This document shows, piece after piece, positions 38,475-50,849 of a stretch of 64,000 bases of DNA. The position numbers and the translations under genes were made by a program. This DNA is from Phoronis australis. Its lineage: Eukaryota > Animalia > Phoronida. Position 1 is the first letter of the stretch; every line of letters starts with the position of its first letter. The notes under the pieces were generated by a model, which did no database searches, had not been told where the DNA came from, and was given only the letters and a program-made list of their open reading frames with translations. The stretch is from positions 49,284 through 113,283 of the forward strand of contig NMRA01000225.1 of assembly GCA_002633005.1 (NCBI GenBank), in the 5' to 3' direction.

Positions 38475-40167
38475 TTTAATTATTCGCCCACATTATTTAT
38501 ATGTGGGTGCATATTGCTGTCATCTCTGTCTGGGCATCCGGTGTCCGTGACTGTATCTCCTAAACCCCTTGTAGGATCGTATTGAAATTTTTCAGGTGTG
38601 TTCCTATAGGGTTGACAACAGAGGGTGACGAGTTTTGGACCGACCTGTATACCGCTGTGTCCCCTAGTGACTAATTTAGTTTTTTGCGTTTGTCTCTGTA
38701 TCTTCAAAGGTCCTCAACCGATTTTCATGAAATTTGGCACATAGGCACCTATTAAATTAATGAGGTGACGCTATCCTTTGGTTTTTGGATGGATTCAACG
38801 TATTATGCGCCACCTAGTGACCATTTTTGTTGTTTACGAGTCTGTTTTTTGGCGTCCGTCCCTCCATCAACCAAACCGCTCTAAGGATGATTGTGAAAAT
38901 TGTGGTGTTTGTTCTTACAATGAAGTGGATGGCTGACGATGGTTTTCCGACAACTTCAACTACTGTGGCGCCTCCTAGCTGCAATTTTGTTCTTTTTTGG
39001 GCCTATGGCTGTATCTCCTAAACCGTTTGTAGGATCTTTACTAGATTTAGTAAGTGTATTTATATGATGTTAGTAACGTAGGACAACAACTTTAGGACAG
39101 ATCTGACTACTGGTGTGGCAATTTTATTTTTTTGTGTTTGCTTCCGATCTTCAAAGGTCCTCAACGTATTTTCATAAAATTTGGCATACAGGTATCTGTT
39201 AATGATGTGACGCTATCTCTCTATTTTCAGATGGATTCAACCTAGTTTGCACTACCTAGTGGCCATTTTTACTGTTTTCGGTTCTGTTTTTTGGTGTCCA
39301 CTCGTCTATCAACCAACCCGCTTTCAGGATAATTGTGAAAATTGTCATGTATGTTTTAACTATGAAGTGGACAGCTGACGAGGATTTTCCAACGACTGCG
39401 ACTACTGTGGCACCTACTGTTGGCAGGTTTTTTATGCTTATAGCTGTATTTCCTACTAAACAGGATCTTTACTTAATTTGTCAAGGCTTAGGGTATTTCA
39501 TAGATGTTGACAACGGACAACGACGACTTTCAGACGGATCTGACCACTGGTGTGCCCCCTAGTGGCAATTTTAGTGTTTTACATTTACCCGTGCATCTTC
39601 AAAGGTCCTCAACAGATTTTCATAAAATTTTGAATATAGGCATCTATTGAAAAGATTAGGCTTTGCTCTTGTTTTGGGGTGGAATTGAGGTATTTTGCAC
39701 CACATAGTGGCCATTTTTGCTGTTTTCAAACCCTGGTTTTGGCGTCCACCCCTCTGTCAACCAAATCTTTTTAGGGATGGTTTTGATAATTGAAATGTTG
39801 TCAGCGTGAAGAGGACGTTTGATGATGGCGACTAACTACTGTGGCACCTCCTAGTAGTAGTTTAATTGTTTTGTTTCGCGCCCGTAGCTTTATTAAGATA
39901 ACAACAGAGCACAACGACTTTCAGGCGGACGGATCCAACGAATTCTGTGCCCACTAGTAGCAATTTCATTTAATTCTATTTTCCATTGTTTTGCTGAAGT
40001 TTCTTGACAGTTTTTTTATGAAATATGGCATGTTCCCGTTTTTTTTGGATGGATTGTACGTTTTTCGGCCATTTAGTACCCATTTTTATGATACAAATAT
40101 ATAACCCTAAAAGCACACCGTTTGTGATGCATTCGTGGGAATTTCCCCGCTCCGCGTTTCTCTTGTT
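38475..40167 (+). mobile_element. Family A HINE-like element with about three higher-order repeats
   Basis: gcccacat…atgtgggt 5' hairpin, same monomers, same aaccctaaaagcac…ctcttgtt 3' end. Confidence 0.72.
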
Positions 40168-40344
40168 AGCAGATGCAGAAAATTTGGTTACCTATAGCTA
40201 GGCAATTTTGTCACATTGTTCCAGTCTTAGGTCACTGCAATTAACAGCTGCTCAACTGATATGACATTATACAACACAGAGCTTGATAGCAGTCAGTTAC
40301 CATGATCTTTTCAGATAGCTAAGCAGCAATATAACATTATGCCA

Positions 40345-41425
40345 TTTTCCCCGTTGCTCCCAAATTGTTCACTTCCGGAGCCCAACAACAAGTTGGAAAG
40401 ATGATCCCTGTAGCCAATACCTTACACGACTGATAAACTCCATTCTAGCATTTATGGTTGGAAGGCCAGCTCTCTTTCGTTCGATAATTGCTCTAATCTC
40501 CAATGGGATCGGTATCTAGCCTGACTGGGCTGTGCTGTTAAAAAGTTATAACATATTTGAACATAAACCAATAGCATTTCTGAATTCTTCGCCAAATGCT
40601 GATCATGTTTAGATTTTGAATCACCAAAATTGCCCAACTACAACCGACGTTACGACAATCTATTCTTTCGGAACGTGCCAATTTGCTCAATACGTTTTCT
40701 GCCCACGGGCACAATTGATGTATGACGTGGGCACCGACTCGCTGAATGCATAAACCAAACATTAATTTTTAAAAATGCCCTCAAAATTGGACTTTTTTTA
40801 AATCACTGTGTTGGTCGTATTCGTCAGTGTAGAAATTTAAAGCAAAATGAACAAATTTGTACACACTGCTCAAAGCACTTTTGTGGACATATGGAAACGC
40901 GGTCAACGTCTCTGCATTACGGCGTTTTCCCGTTGCCCCCAACTTGTTCAATTGTATAGCCCAACAACAAGGTGGGAAGTTTACCCCTGTAGCCATTATC
41001 TTACATGACTGATCCATTCTGGCATTTATGATTGGAGAGCCAGCTCTCTTTTGTTCGATAATTGCACTTTAATCTCCAGTAAGATCGTATCGGCCTGACT
41101 GGGCTGTGCTCACCGTTAAAAATAAAAGTTAAGTTGTAACATATTTGAACATAAACCAATAGCATTTCTAAAATCTTCTAATGGTTATCGTGTTTAGTTT
41201 TTGAATCAGCAAAATCGTCCGACTGCAACCGAAGTTACGGCAATCTATTCTTTCCGAATACACCGTGCCCAATTCTCTCTGAGTTTGACTGTGTTCACAC
41301 GTCTGTAATAAGCCTGGTAGATAATTGGCCTGCCTGTTGTCATATCAGACAAAAGACTGCTTGGCAGCTAACAAAAAAGCTAGATGTTATCATACAGTCA
41401 CAACCCTCTACGTCTGGTAAAGTCA
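40345..41425 (+). repeat. Family C repeat (partial diverged copy 40345-40690, then copy 40690-41425)
   Basis: 40690-41425 is nearly identical to 47590-48325; related fragments at 15600-16030 and 7737-7870. Confidence 0.75.
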
Positions 41426-41854
41426 TGAGCCCTAAAGAAACCAAGGGTCAGTTCTCCTGTTAATGCTTGCATTAATGAACTTAACAAGCTGCAAGAGCAT
41501 TCAATATGCACAGGGTCAGGGCCCATGTAAAAATTTAGCCATGAAACTATAGACAGGCACACAAACATGGGAGCTAGCGTTCTGCATTGTGTACCTGAAC
41601 TTTGCATCCCGATATCGTAGGAATGCTGCACAATGAATGCCTAACTGGGTATTGTGTTGTCCAGTCAAATGCCGTATTGGCATTGCCAACTCCTGATAAG
41701 AAACTTAGGAGAACTTTCCCAACATGGTCAAACCAAAAGGTTCAAAAAACCCGAGTGTCAACAGATTGGGCATAAGACACATCATTCAAATTTTGGCGGG
41801 TAACCGAGCTCGACACTGACACATCGCTGGGCATATGGGAAGCCCAGCAAGTAC

Positions 41855-42880
41855 ACGAAGTTGATAACGAACGACAACAACTTTTGGATGGATCGGACTA
41901 CCGGTGTGCCCCCTAGTGGCAATTTTAGTGTTTTACTCTGCTTTGAGTAAGATCGTGAATGGATGTTCATAAAAAATTTGGTAGCTAGGCATTTATTAGT
42001 GAGATTACGCTTTCCTTCCGTTTTTTATGGCCATTTTTTACTGTTTTTTTTTGGTATTCGCCCTTTGTCAACCAAACCTCTTTAAGGATGATTTCATAAA
42101 TTGGCATATATGTTCCTACTGTGAATAGGACGGCTGACGGTGATTTTCTGACGACTTCAACTACTTTAGCACGTCCTAGTGGCAGTTTTGTTTTCTTTTT
42201 TACCATAGCTGTCATATCTCCTAAACCCACTGCAGTAGCTTAAATTATTAGATTTAATAAGACAGTATGAATATATGAAATTCACAGTTGGCAACGACTT
42301 TCAGATATAACCAACGATTGCTATGCCCCCTAGCGGCAATTTCTTTTTTTCTGTTTTCCTGTTTTTCTAATTAAAGTTCCTTGACAGATCTTTATCAAAC
42401 CTGATAAATAGCTTTCTAATAAAGAAATGGTGACATCTCCCTGTTTTCGGATGGATTTGATGTATTTTGCAGCATCTAGTGGAATTTTCATTGTTATCGA
42501 GTGGTTTTTGGCGTCTGCCCCTCTATGAACCAAATTAGGATGTCTTTGAAAATTGGCATGTTCTTGGTGTGAAGAGAACTGTTCACAATTTTTTTCTGAT
42601 GACCTTGACTACTGTGGTGCCTCCTATTGTCAGTTTTTTTCCATAGCTATATGTCCTAAACCCAATGCAGAACCTTTGTTAAATTACCGTAGTAAGTGTA
42701 TTTAATGAAGTTGGCAATGGCGGCGACTTTCAGACCGATCCGTTTGGTAACCTTTTTTAAGAAACGGTGAGAGGATGCTGTTTTTGGATGGATTTGACAT
42801 ATTTTGCTCCATTTAGTGGCCATTTTTAGGTTTAATAAACACCCCTAGAAGTACACGGTCAAGTGGACCTATGTTGTTCC
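41855..42880 (+). mobile_element. Family A HINE-like element, 5'-truncated
   Basis: ggatcggactaccggtgtgccccctagtggcaattt and following monomers. Confidence 0.62.
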
Positions 42881-43859
42881 TGCAGGTCTTAATTCTGTGG
42901 TAATAAACAGTTCACAGATCACCTTTTACCCCAAGAAAGAAACTTGCTGACTCCATTTGAGAACTGATCATTGTGTAACAGTTATTTCTAGTTTATGTGA
43001 TGTATTATAATTTTTTGTCTTCTCCCATCTTTAGCGGAGCTCTGTAACAGTGTATTCATTGTTTTTGTCCTTGGTCGGCAATTACCATTTTATGACTCAG
43101 CGGGTGAACTTTGGCCAAACGAACATTTAACTGTGCGCTGTTTGTTTACCAGTGGCAACTCCGGTCTTGACAGGGGTTTATCTACTTTTGTTCCAACTAT
43201 TGAAAGGAGGTAAAATGGAATCAACCTACAAATAGGAAGTGCGTGACATTACACCAGCCTAAAACTTTATGTTGAATTAATGGCGGCGTGGTAAAATCAA
43301 ATGTTAAGTAATATTGCGGATGTATGAGACTTTTTATACACTACATTATGCATAAAAACAAGCAAGAAATTTGAAATTTTTGAGTAAAATTGCATAAAAA
43401 TCAGAATACAACGCTGGATGTTTTACGACCTCAAGTGTTTTCATGCCGCGGAATGCTCAATAAGCAGGACGCATTTGTGCTCATCCATTATTGCTCTTGA
43501 TCATCACTTCATCAGTGCGCTTTACCACAGATAATTATTGTTTATTTATGTTGTTTAGTTTCTTAATGTGTTGGTACAGCAATAGAACCCAAGGTTCTTT
43601 TAGGAAGAACATAAACAGTGGTTTGAACATAGCGGCAATATTAAGATCACAGGCGCATGAAAACGGAAGAATGTGATCGGTTATAGTGTAATCCATGATC
43701 CATGATCATTCTGAATTTGTCACTTTCGGAGTAAAAAATTGTTTCGAAACTAGGGCCTTCCTATCTAGCCAGCTAGCTTTATGAAGACTATTGTCAAATT
43801 ACAGCAAGGTGCCACTGTGTATTGAGCTCCGATAGACCTCGAAATTGCACACAGGCTGG

Positions 43860-44470
43860 ATAGTTACGCTCCTCACCTCGTCGTGAAGCTTGTAACAACA
43901 TGAGCTAAAGACCGGTGGGTGTGCATGCAAAATCTGGCAGTCAATTGACTTTCACCTTGCCCGTTACGACCGTTTAAGCGAAAAACATCCGATGTCATCT
44001 TTTTGCATAATTCTCTGCCTTTTGTAACAATAAAATGTATGTCGTCATTTTGAAAGGAGTACATTCGTGACATGCGCCACTTTCAGCATTTTTTCGACAT
44101 CTCCCATTAGATGATGACAGCATCGCAGCAAAATTTGTTCTAAAATTCGGTTTACTGATATCAAAATTCCAAAAACATATAATGAAGTGGAACCAATTCT
44201 GATCATTTGTTGTGATGTTTATGCAACCTCAAGGGAGAATTTTTGATTGAAGAATCTGGGAAAAAGGAACTAGTTAATAGGTGACGCAATATTTTATTGC
44301 GCGGAAAGTCCACGCAAAATATCACACCTCAATTTTAGCAGCAGAATAAAATGAATTTTTGCAACGCAGGTAAATAATTTAGATTATTCAAGGAAGATAT
44401 TATTCGGTCAATTTTACCCACAACGGCGCAAAGTTGTATTTAATATAGTGAACAGCTGCGCACCAAGGCT
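43860..44470 (+). repeat. Family B-related fragment
   Basis: tgcatgcaaaatctgg…tcaccttgcccgttac…ttttacccac…caccaaggcta. Confidence 0.6.
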
Positions 44471-46014
44471 AGAGCCTTCCGAGCTTTTTGGGGTAAGAAC
44501 ACAATAATTGGCGTTTCGCGTATACTCCAAGGGGTAAAACTTTGAAAACAATATTTTCGGGGTAACTTGGTACATGCAATCCTAAAGAAGGTAGTCTGTT
44601 TTCATGTAGAGCGTAAAAACGATTAACCCAGTGATTCCAAAAGAAAACTTTCGCAAACGAAAATGCACACGATTTTCAGTTCTGTCAGGTTAAGAAACAA
44701 CTTGTATAAGTTTATTGCATCGACTCACCAGGGCAAGTCAAAAGTCTTTAAGGGGGTGCGATTTTTGGCATGAATCAGTGTTATAAAAATTGGTTTTGAC
44801 CGACGTTTATTCATCAGCAATGTAGACACACACAACAGTTACAGACACTAATAGCTTCTGTTAACGTCTTGTGGCAATGGTAAAAATAATTGTTTCTACT
44901 ATGATTGATGGCAAGTTTTTCTCTGATGAGGTATGATGCAATATACATGCCTAATATCCAGATCGGCAGTTGCAAAAACTATTTACTGGGTTTAATGAAT
45001 CCGTTTGTTATGAACCACTGCAAAAGTATGATTACTAATTGTACATTCGAACCACACCTGATTAGAATAAAAACATACAAATGCTTGATGATCATGGGAG
45101 TACCTCTATTACAGGCATGAATGAAGATACATAGTTTTTAAGCCATAGAGGATAATAAGGCTTACATAATATCACACTGAGCCATCTACACCAGTTATCT
45201 ACAAAGGATACGTATTTCAAAAGAAGCCATGACTGCTCATTTTTTCGTAGTCATAACTACTCATTTTTCATAGTATCACTAAATCACAAGTACTTAGATT
45301 TTTATAAGAAGTTGCATAGTACGATGTTACACAACCTGCTCTCCCACATTTATGGAAGGCAAAAGTGGAAGTATTTAATGACATGTATTTTCTATGCAAG
45401 ATTAAAACCAAGCAAAACATGTTAACTCTCCAGGACCAAAAATAAATATCTCAAAACCAGAACTTTTACTTAAGCAGGAATTAAAACAGTCCAATACATT
45501 GAGATTGTTTTCAAACAGAAGACCAAAAAAACAAATCAAGACCAAAAATACCCACGTCAGGACTGAAAATTTATCACATCGAACCTATAATTTATCACTT
45601 GAGAACAAAAAAATCTTCTCTTCAGGATCAAAATTAAACACGACCGAATGGAAAATTTAATAAGTCAGGTTCAAAAACTTACCATGTCAGTAACTTTCAC
45701 GCCAGGACACCACGTCACCATCCCCAAGCATTGATCCTTCAAAGTGATAACGTCAGTACTATAAACAAGGGCTAAGCGTTCAACGTCTCGCTGATGACGG
45801 ACATAGTATCTTGGATATGCGGTTGAATTTCTTTCGTCTAATCCACGTTTTTCAATAGATGCCAATGTATGGGTACACACTGGATTGTAATCATTGCATA
45901 ATGGGTGGTCACGTAGTCTCCGGGCATGAAAACAATTCTCTCCTGGCGTGATAAGTTTTCTGAGACGATAAATCCTGGTTGCCAATTGTTTTTGATTCTA
46001 CAGAGATTTCAATT

Positions 46015-47286
46015 GAGAGAGAGAGAGAGAGAGAGGGGTTGTTTATTGCACTTGGAGCTAAGCTCATTTGTACATATTACATTGCAACATTTGGTATAGG
46101 TGGCAATTTCATGTCCGGGTATTCAATACATATATACATATTTACACGTTACAATGTTAGAGTTTCCTGTCTAATACCATAAGCCTTTAATATAAATAAG
46201 GATAGTCTTTTCAAAAGATTTCCAGAGTTTGTTTTGAATAAGTATTTGACGTTTTCGATGTCTGTATGCTGTCGGGATATTTCTGGTAAAAAATTCTTTC
46301 TAATGTCGTTAAATACGGGGCAGTTAAGTAATAAGTGTATTTCGTCTTCAATTTCTGAACGGTTGCAAATTTCGCAAAGTCTATCTTCCTTTGGAATGTC
46401 ATGGTGCCTACCAGTTTCTATTTTCAGTTGGTGTCCAGAGCACCTGAATTTGGCTAAAATTCTACGTAGAGTTGGTGGTAAACTGTAAAGATATTCTTCA
46501 CAAGATAAATCTGTTTTGATAATAGAGTAAAATGAGCACTTGCTAGAGCTCTGCACTGATGTCCTCCATTCTTGGGCAGCACAATCCAACAATCTTTGCT
46601 TAAATTCTGATATAAATAAATCAAAGTTACCCGGTCCACTTATCCATACCTCCCCAAACCCGTATCTGAACAAAATATCTTTAACTGCACTGGCCCAATT
46701 TGCTCGTCCTTTTTCACAGTCTTCCCGCAGCATCCTGTAACTTTTCTTTGGGTATCTGGGGTTATTCATCTGTAGAATTTTGGTCCAGTAGATTATTGGT
46801 CTGCACAAGTATTTCACAGATAATAAATGCCTGCCGCATTCTCCTCTGGCCATAACGTTACTTGTTTTCTTTGGGACACCAGCAACCCATTTACAGAAAT
46901 CATTGTGAACACTTTCTATGTCTTTCGAATATACTGTACCCCATATCTCAGCACCATATAACAATATAGGAGCTACCATACTATCAAACAATTTAATACA
47001 TACATGCGGGGATTTACAATTCACTTTGGTTAAACATGCTTTTAACGTCATGTTCATTGCTTTTCTAGCTTGTAAAGCTGATATTCTACAATTTTCATTC
47101 CATTTTAATCTGCAAGAAAATGTCACACCAAGGTACTTGTAATAAGATTTCGTTCCTACCGATTTCTTATTGTAGAACCACCGTTCTTGTGCCGACAGAG
47201 TCCCACCTCGCTTGAAGACAACAATATTTGTCTTATCAAGATTAACACAAAGACTCCAATCCACACAGTAATTGCGCAATACATTT
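46015..47286 (-). mobile_element. 5'-truncated non-LTR retrotransposon (CR1/L2/RTE-X-type ORF2 C-terminus), young insertion
   Basis: Uninterrupted ~380-codon frame with YKYLGV (RT end), FDSMVAPILLYGAEIWG and CxxC…IEDEIH…CP zinc knuckle; 3' UTR with AATAAA and (CT)n tail; 10-bp TSD GATTTCAATT at 46005-46014 and 47287-47296. Confidence 0.92.
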
Positions 47287-47589
47287 GATTTCAATTCCTG
47301 AATAGAAAATGTGTGTTCTGGATTTTTCCGCTTCAGCTTTCCGTTCAGCTAACTAGTGTACAGCACAGTGTTTTTAATATCGTGTGGCAGCTCCACCGCA
47401 ACTAATCACTTTTGGTACAACCTTCTGTAAATACCGTACTTATTTTGCACATTTCTTCGGGGTAACAGTTTTCCAAGAGCTACATATTCCTTGGACAAGT
47501 TCCTGTTTTGCATTCAGTTTTATTTTCTTAGGTAGTCCTTGAGCTCATGCTCTGAAGGTTTTGAAAACGCAACTCTTTCTTTACGCCAG

Positions 47590-48354
47590 ATACGTTTTCT
47601 GCCCACGGGCACAATTGATGTATGACATGGGCACCGACTCGCTGAATGCATAAACCAAACATTAATTTTTGAAAATGCCCTCAAAATTGGACTTTTTTTA
47701 AATCACTGTTGGTCGTATTCGTCAGTGTAGAAATTTAAAGCAAAATGAACAAATTTGTACACACTGCTCAAAGCACTTTTGTGGACATATGGAAACGCGG
47801 TCAACGTCTCTGCATTAAGGCGTTCTCCCGTTGCTCCCAACTTGTTCAATTGTATAGCCCAACAACAAGGTGGGAAGTTTACCCCTGTAGCCATTATCTT
47901 ACATGACTGATCCATTCTGGCATTTATGATTGGAGAGCCAGCTCTCTTTTGTTCGATAATTGCTCTTTAATCTCCAGTAAGATCGTATCGACCTGACTGG
48001 GCTGTGCTCACCGTTAAAAGTATAAGTTAAGTTGTAACATATTTGAACATAAACCAATAGCATTTCTAAAATCTTTGTCTAATGGTTATTGTGTTTAGTT
48101 TTTGAATCAGCAAAATCGTCCAACTGCAACCGAAGTTACGACAATCTAGTCTTTCCAAATACACCAATTCACTCTGAGTTTGACTGTGTTCACACGTGGT
48201 CTGTAATAAGTCTGGTAGATAAGTGGCCTGCTTGTTGTCATAACAGACAAAAGAGTGTTCTTGGTAGTTAACAAAGAAGCTAGATGTTATCACATGCTCA
48301 GAACCCCCTACGTCTGGTAAAGTCACTGAACGGGAAAACGCTGTCATATGGTCT
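47590..48354 (+). mobile_element. Family C repeat ending in GGTCT|TTAA (Kolobok-like right end)
   Basis: Direct repeat of 40690-41425 (ORF-track peptides at 40781 and 47703 are nearly identical); TTAA terminus. Confidence 0.65.
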
Positions 48355-48621
48355 TTAAACGCTGTGTGTGCTTGGCCTTTCTGATAAAGCGCTCTCATAC
48401 GGGAATTTTTTTTAAGCTTGAGCACTGTTTCAAAAAATTGTAGGTCCTACAACTGAGCACAGAATAATTATTCTGCGATTTTAGGATTGAAACTGAACCA
48501 TATCTCGTGTGGTGACTCATTGGAATGTGCAAAACTCGGGGAGAGGGGGATAAGGGCATGATATTTGTATTTTCGTGCCATACATGTAGTTGCCAGGTGT
48601 CATTCAGCATCACTTACTAAT

Positions 48622-49138
48622 CCCGGGTTAGAATTTTACACGTTTGACACGCTTTTGGGTGCTTCAAACATGTCAAACCTGTAAAAAGTGTGTAATACGT
48701 GTCAAAATTGCCACGCTAATGTAAAATGTGTAAAAACATGACACGTTAACATGTCAAACATGTAAAATTTTACACGCTAGCGTGTCAAACGTGTAATAAT
48801 GTGCCACGTTAGCATGTCAAACGTGTAAAATTTGCAAAGTTAGCATGTCAAATGTGTAAAATTTGACATGCTAGCATATCAAACGTGTAAAATGTGACAT
48901 GCTAGCGTGTCAAACGTGGAGTATTGGAACAAAAATGACACTTTTTGGCACGCCACATTCGACACGTTATTGCCACGTTTTACACGCTTATTGTCACGTT
49001 TGAGCGTGTCAAATGTGGAGTATTGGAACGAAAATTACATGTTTGACACGCTACATTTTACACGTTTGACACGCTTTTAGGGCGTTAAAATACATAACGT
49101 TTTTAGAACGTGTCAAACGTGTCAAATTCTCACCTGGG
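48622..49138. mobile_element. MITE with CCC…GGG termini, 2-bp TSD (AT) and an internal ~29-bp repeat array (EnSpm/CMC-like)
   Basis: 30-bp TIR CCCGGGTTAGAATTTTACACGTTTGACACG versus the reverse complement of CGTGTCAAACGTGTCAAATTCTCACCTGGG (3 mismatches); many GTGTCAAACGTG motifs in both orientations. Confidence 0.75.
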
Positions 49139-50655
49139 ATACTGGAAGATTGAGCACCATTTCAAAAAGTTGTAGGTCTTACAGCTGAGAACAGAAGAAT
49201 TATTCTGCGATTTTAGGATTGAAACGGAACCATATCTCGTGTGGTGACTCTTTCGAATGTGCAAAACTCGGGGAGAGGGGGTGATAAGGGCATGATATTT
49301 TTATTTTCGTGCCATAGATGTAGTTGCCAGGTGTCATTCAACGTCCCTGACTACCTAAGGTGGCCAGATCATGCGATAAAAATATCACCAGACACTAATT
49401 GCTTTTCAAAAAATGCACCTTTATGTATTTTCGTAATCGCTTTACCAAAGATTCAAGCACATATCCCGTGTAGAGACAAATACCTCTTCTCCACGTGTTC
49501 ACATATTCCCATTCAAACTTGATTTATTTTACATAATTTGTCAACATGTTAACAGAAAATATTTTTTTTGGAACAATGTGAAAACAACCACTTGATAGGG
49601 GCCTTTAATTGTACATGTAACTACCCCAGATTTTAACGTCACCGATGCATGAAAGCGGAATGCGCAAAGCTAGAATTGACTGTAGACTCAACAGTGGTCA
49701 TTCTGTGTTTGGTGTCACCATCTAAGTTCGTGGAAATAGTAACAATAGGATTTCAAAGTTAGAGCCATCGAAGTCCGTGGGTTTAGGGCATACTGGACTG
49801 TGAATTTCGCGTCTGTTCTGCAAGGGTTAAGACTATGAAAATAAAATCCCCGAAGTGAGAACTCTTTGCGGTGTAACAACTCACTCACTTTCCCATCATC
49901 ATGGGCGTGTAATAGGAGACCCGTGAATAACTTAAAAACGCAAAAAGATGCAGTTTGGCCTTACACAAACAAAAATCTATTGTGGGCAAAGACTCTCAAA
50001 AATAGCTGCGTATGACTGCGGCGTTGTACTGATTGGGAAGCAGCTAGTCTAACGCAACTTGTTAACGTCACGAGTCAAATTAAAGATCAAGTGTAAAGAA
50101 AACTTTCACATTTTTTATCCAAAACTTGTTGCATTGTCCATAATCCAATGTTTACTATTACCACTTGCCTAGACGTTCGAATTAGTGATGTTATACAACC
50201 GATGTGAACTCATGTAACAGAGACAGTGAAACTAGGTTAATTTATTTGACCCTGTGCTGAGACCAATGTGCATCGACATGCAAAGCAGTATCAGACTGAC
50301 AACCTGTTACGCAACTGCTACTCTAGCCTAAAAATAGTAGCCCATCAGCTGGTTGGCTGATGGCCAGTCAGCTCAAGGGTCGGCTGGGGAGTCGCCTTAT
50401 GAGTCAGCACCGCGGTCGGCTAATTTTTAGCCGACTGGTCGGCTAATTTGCCGACTCCTAGCTGACCGGTCGGACAAAAATTTGTGATGTGTGCTTTATG
50501 TTCAAAGAAAAATGTGATTTTCGCATTGTTTTGATGTTGAGTTACTGTTTTACATATATCTAATGAAAAACTATTCTTTGAATGACTATTTAACTTAAAT
50601 ATCAATAAAAGCCATTAATTATACTGATGTCGTACTCTGACTCATTCGCTTTTAG

Positions 50656-50824
50656 GTGCCAGTTCTCTGTGTGTTGTAACTATCACAGTTTATGGCAAGT
50701 CTTGGAAAGCTTCATCAAAGTATACATATGACAGTGCCTCCACACCTGAGATTGTCAAAGTGGAACCATCCATGGGAGGCACTGCAGGGGGTACTAGGAT
50801 TACAATCACAGGCACTGGCTTCAG
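50656..50824 (+). CDS. PKHD1L1: PKHD1L1-like exon 19 (…TPEIVKVEPSMGGTAGGTRITITGTGF)
   Basis: cgcttttag acceptor, AG|gtaagc donor, phase 1 to 2. Confidence 0.92.
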
Positions 50825-50849
50825 GTAAGCCTTAGTTGCATGCCATAAC

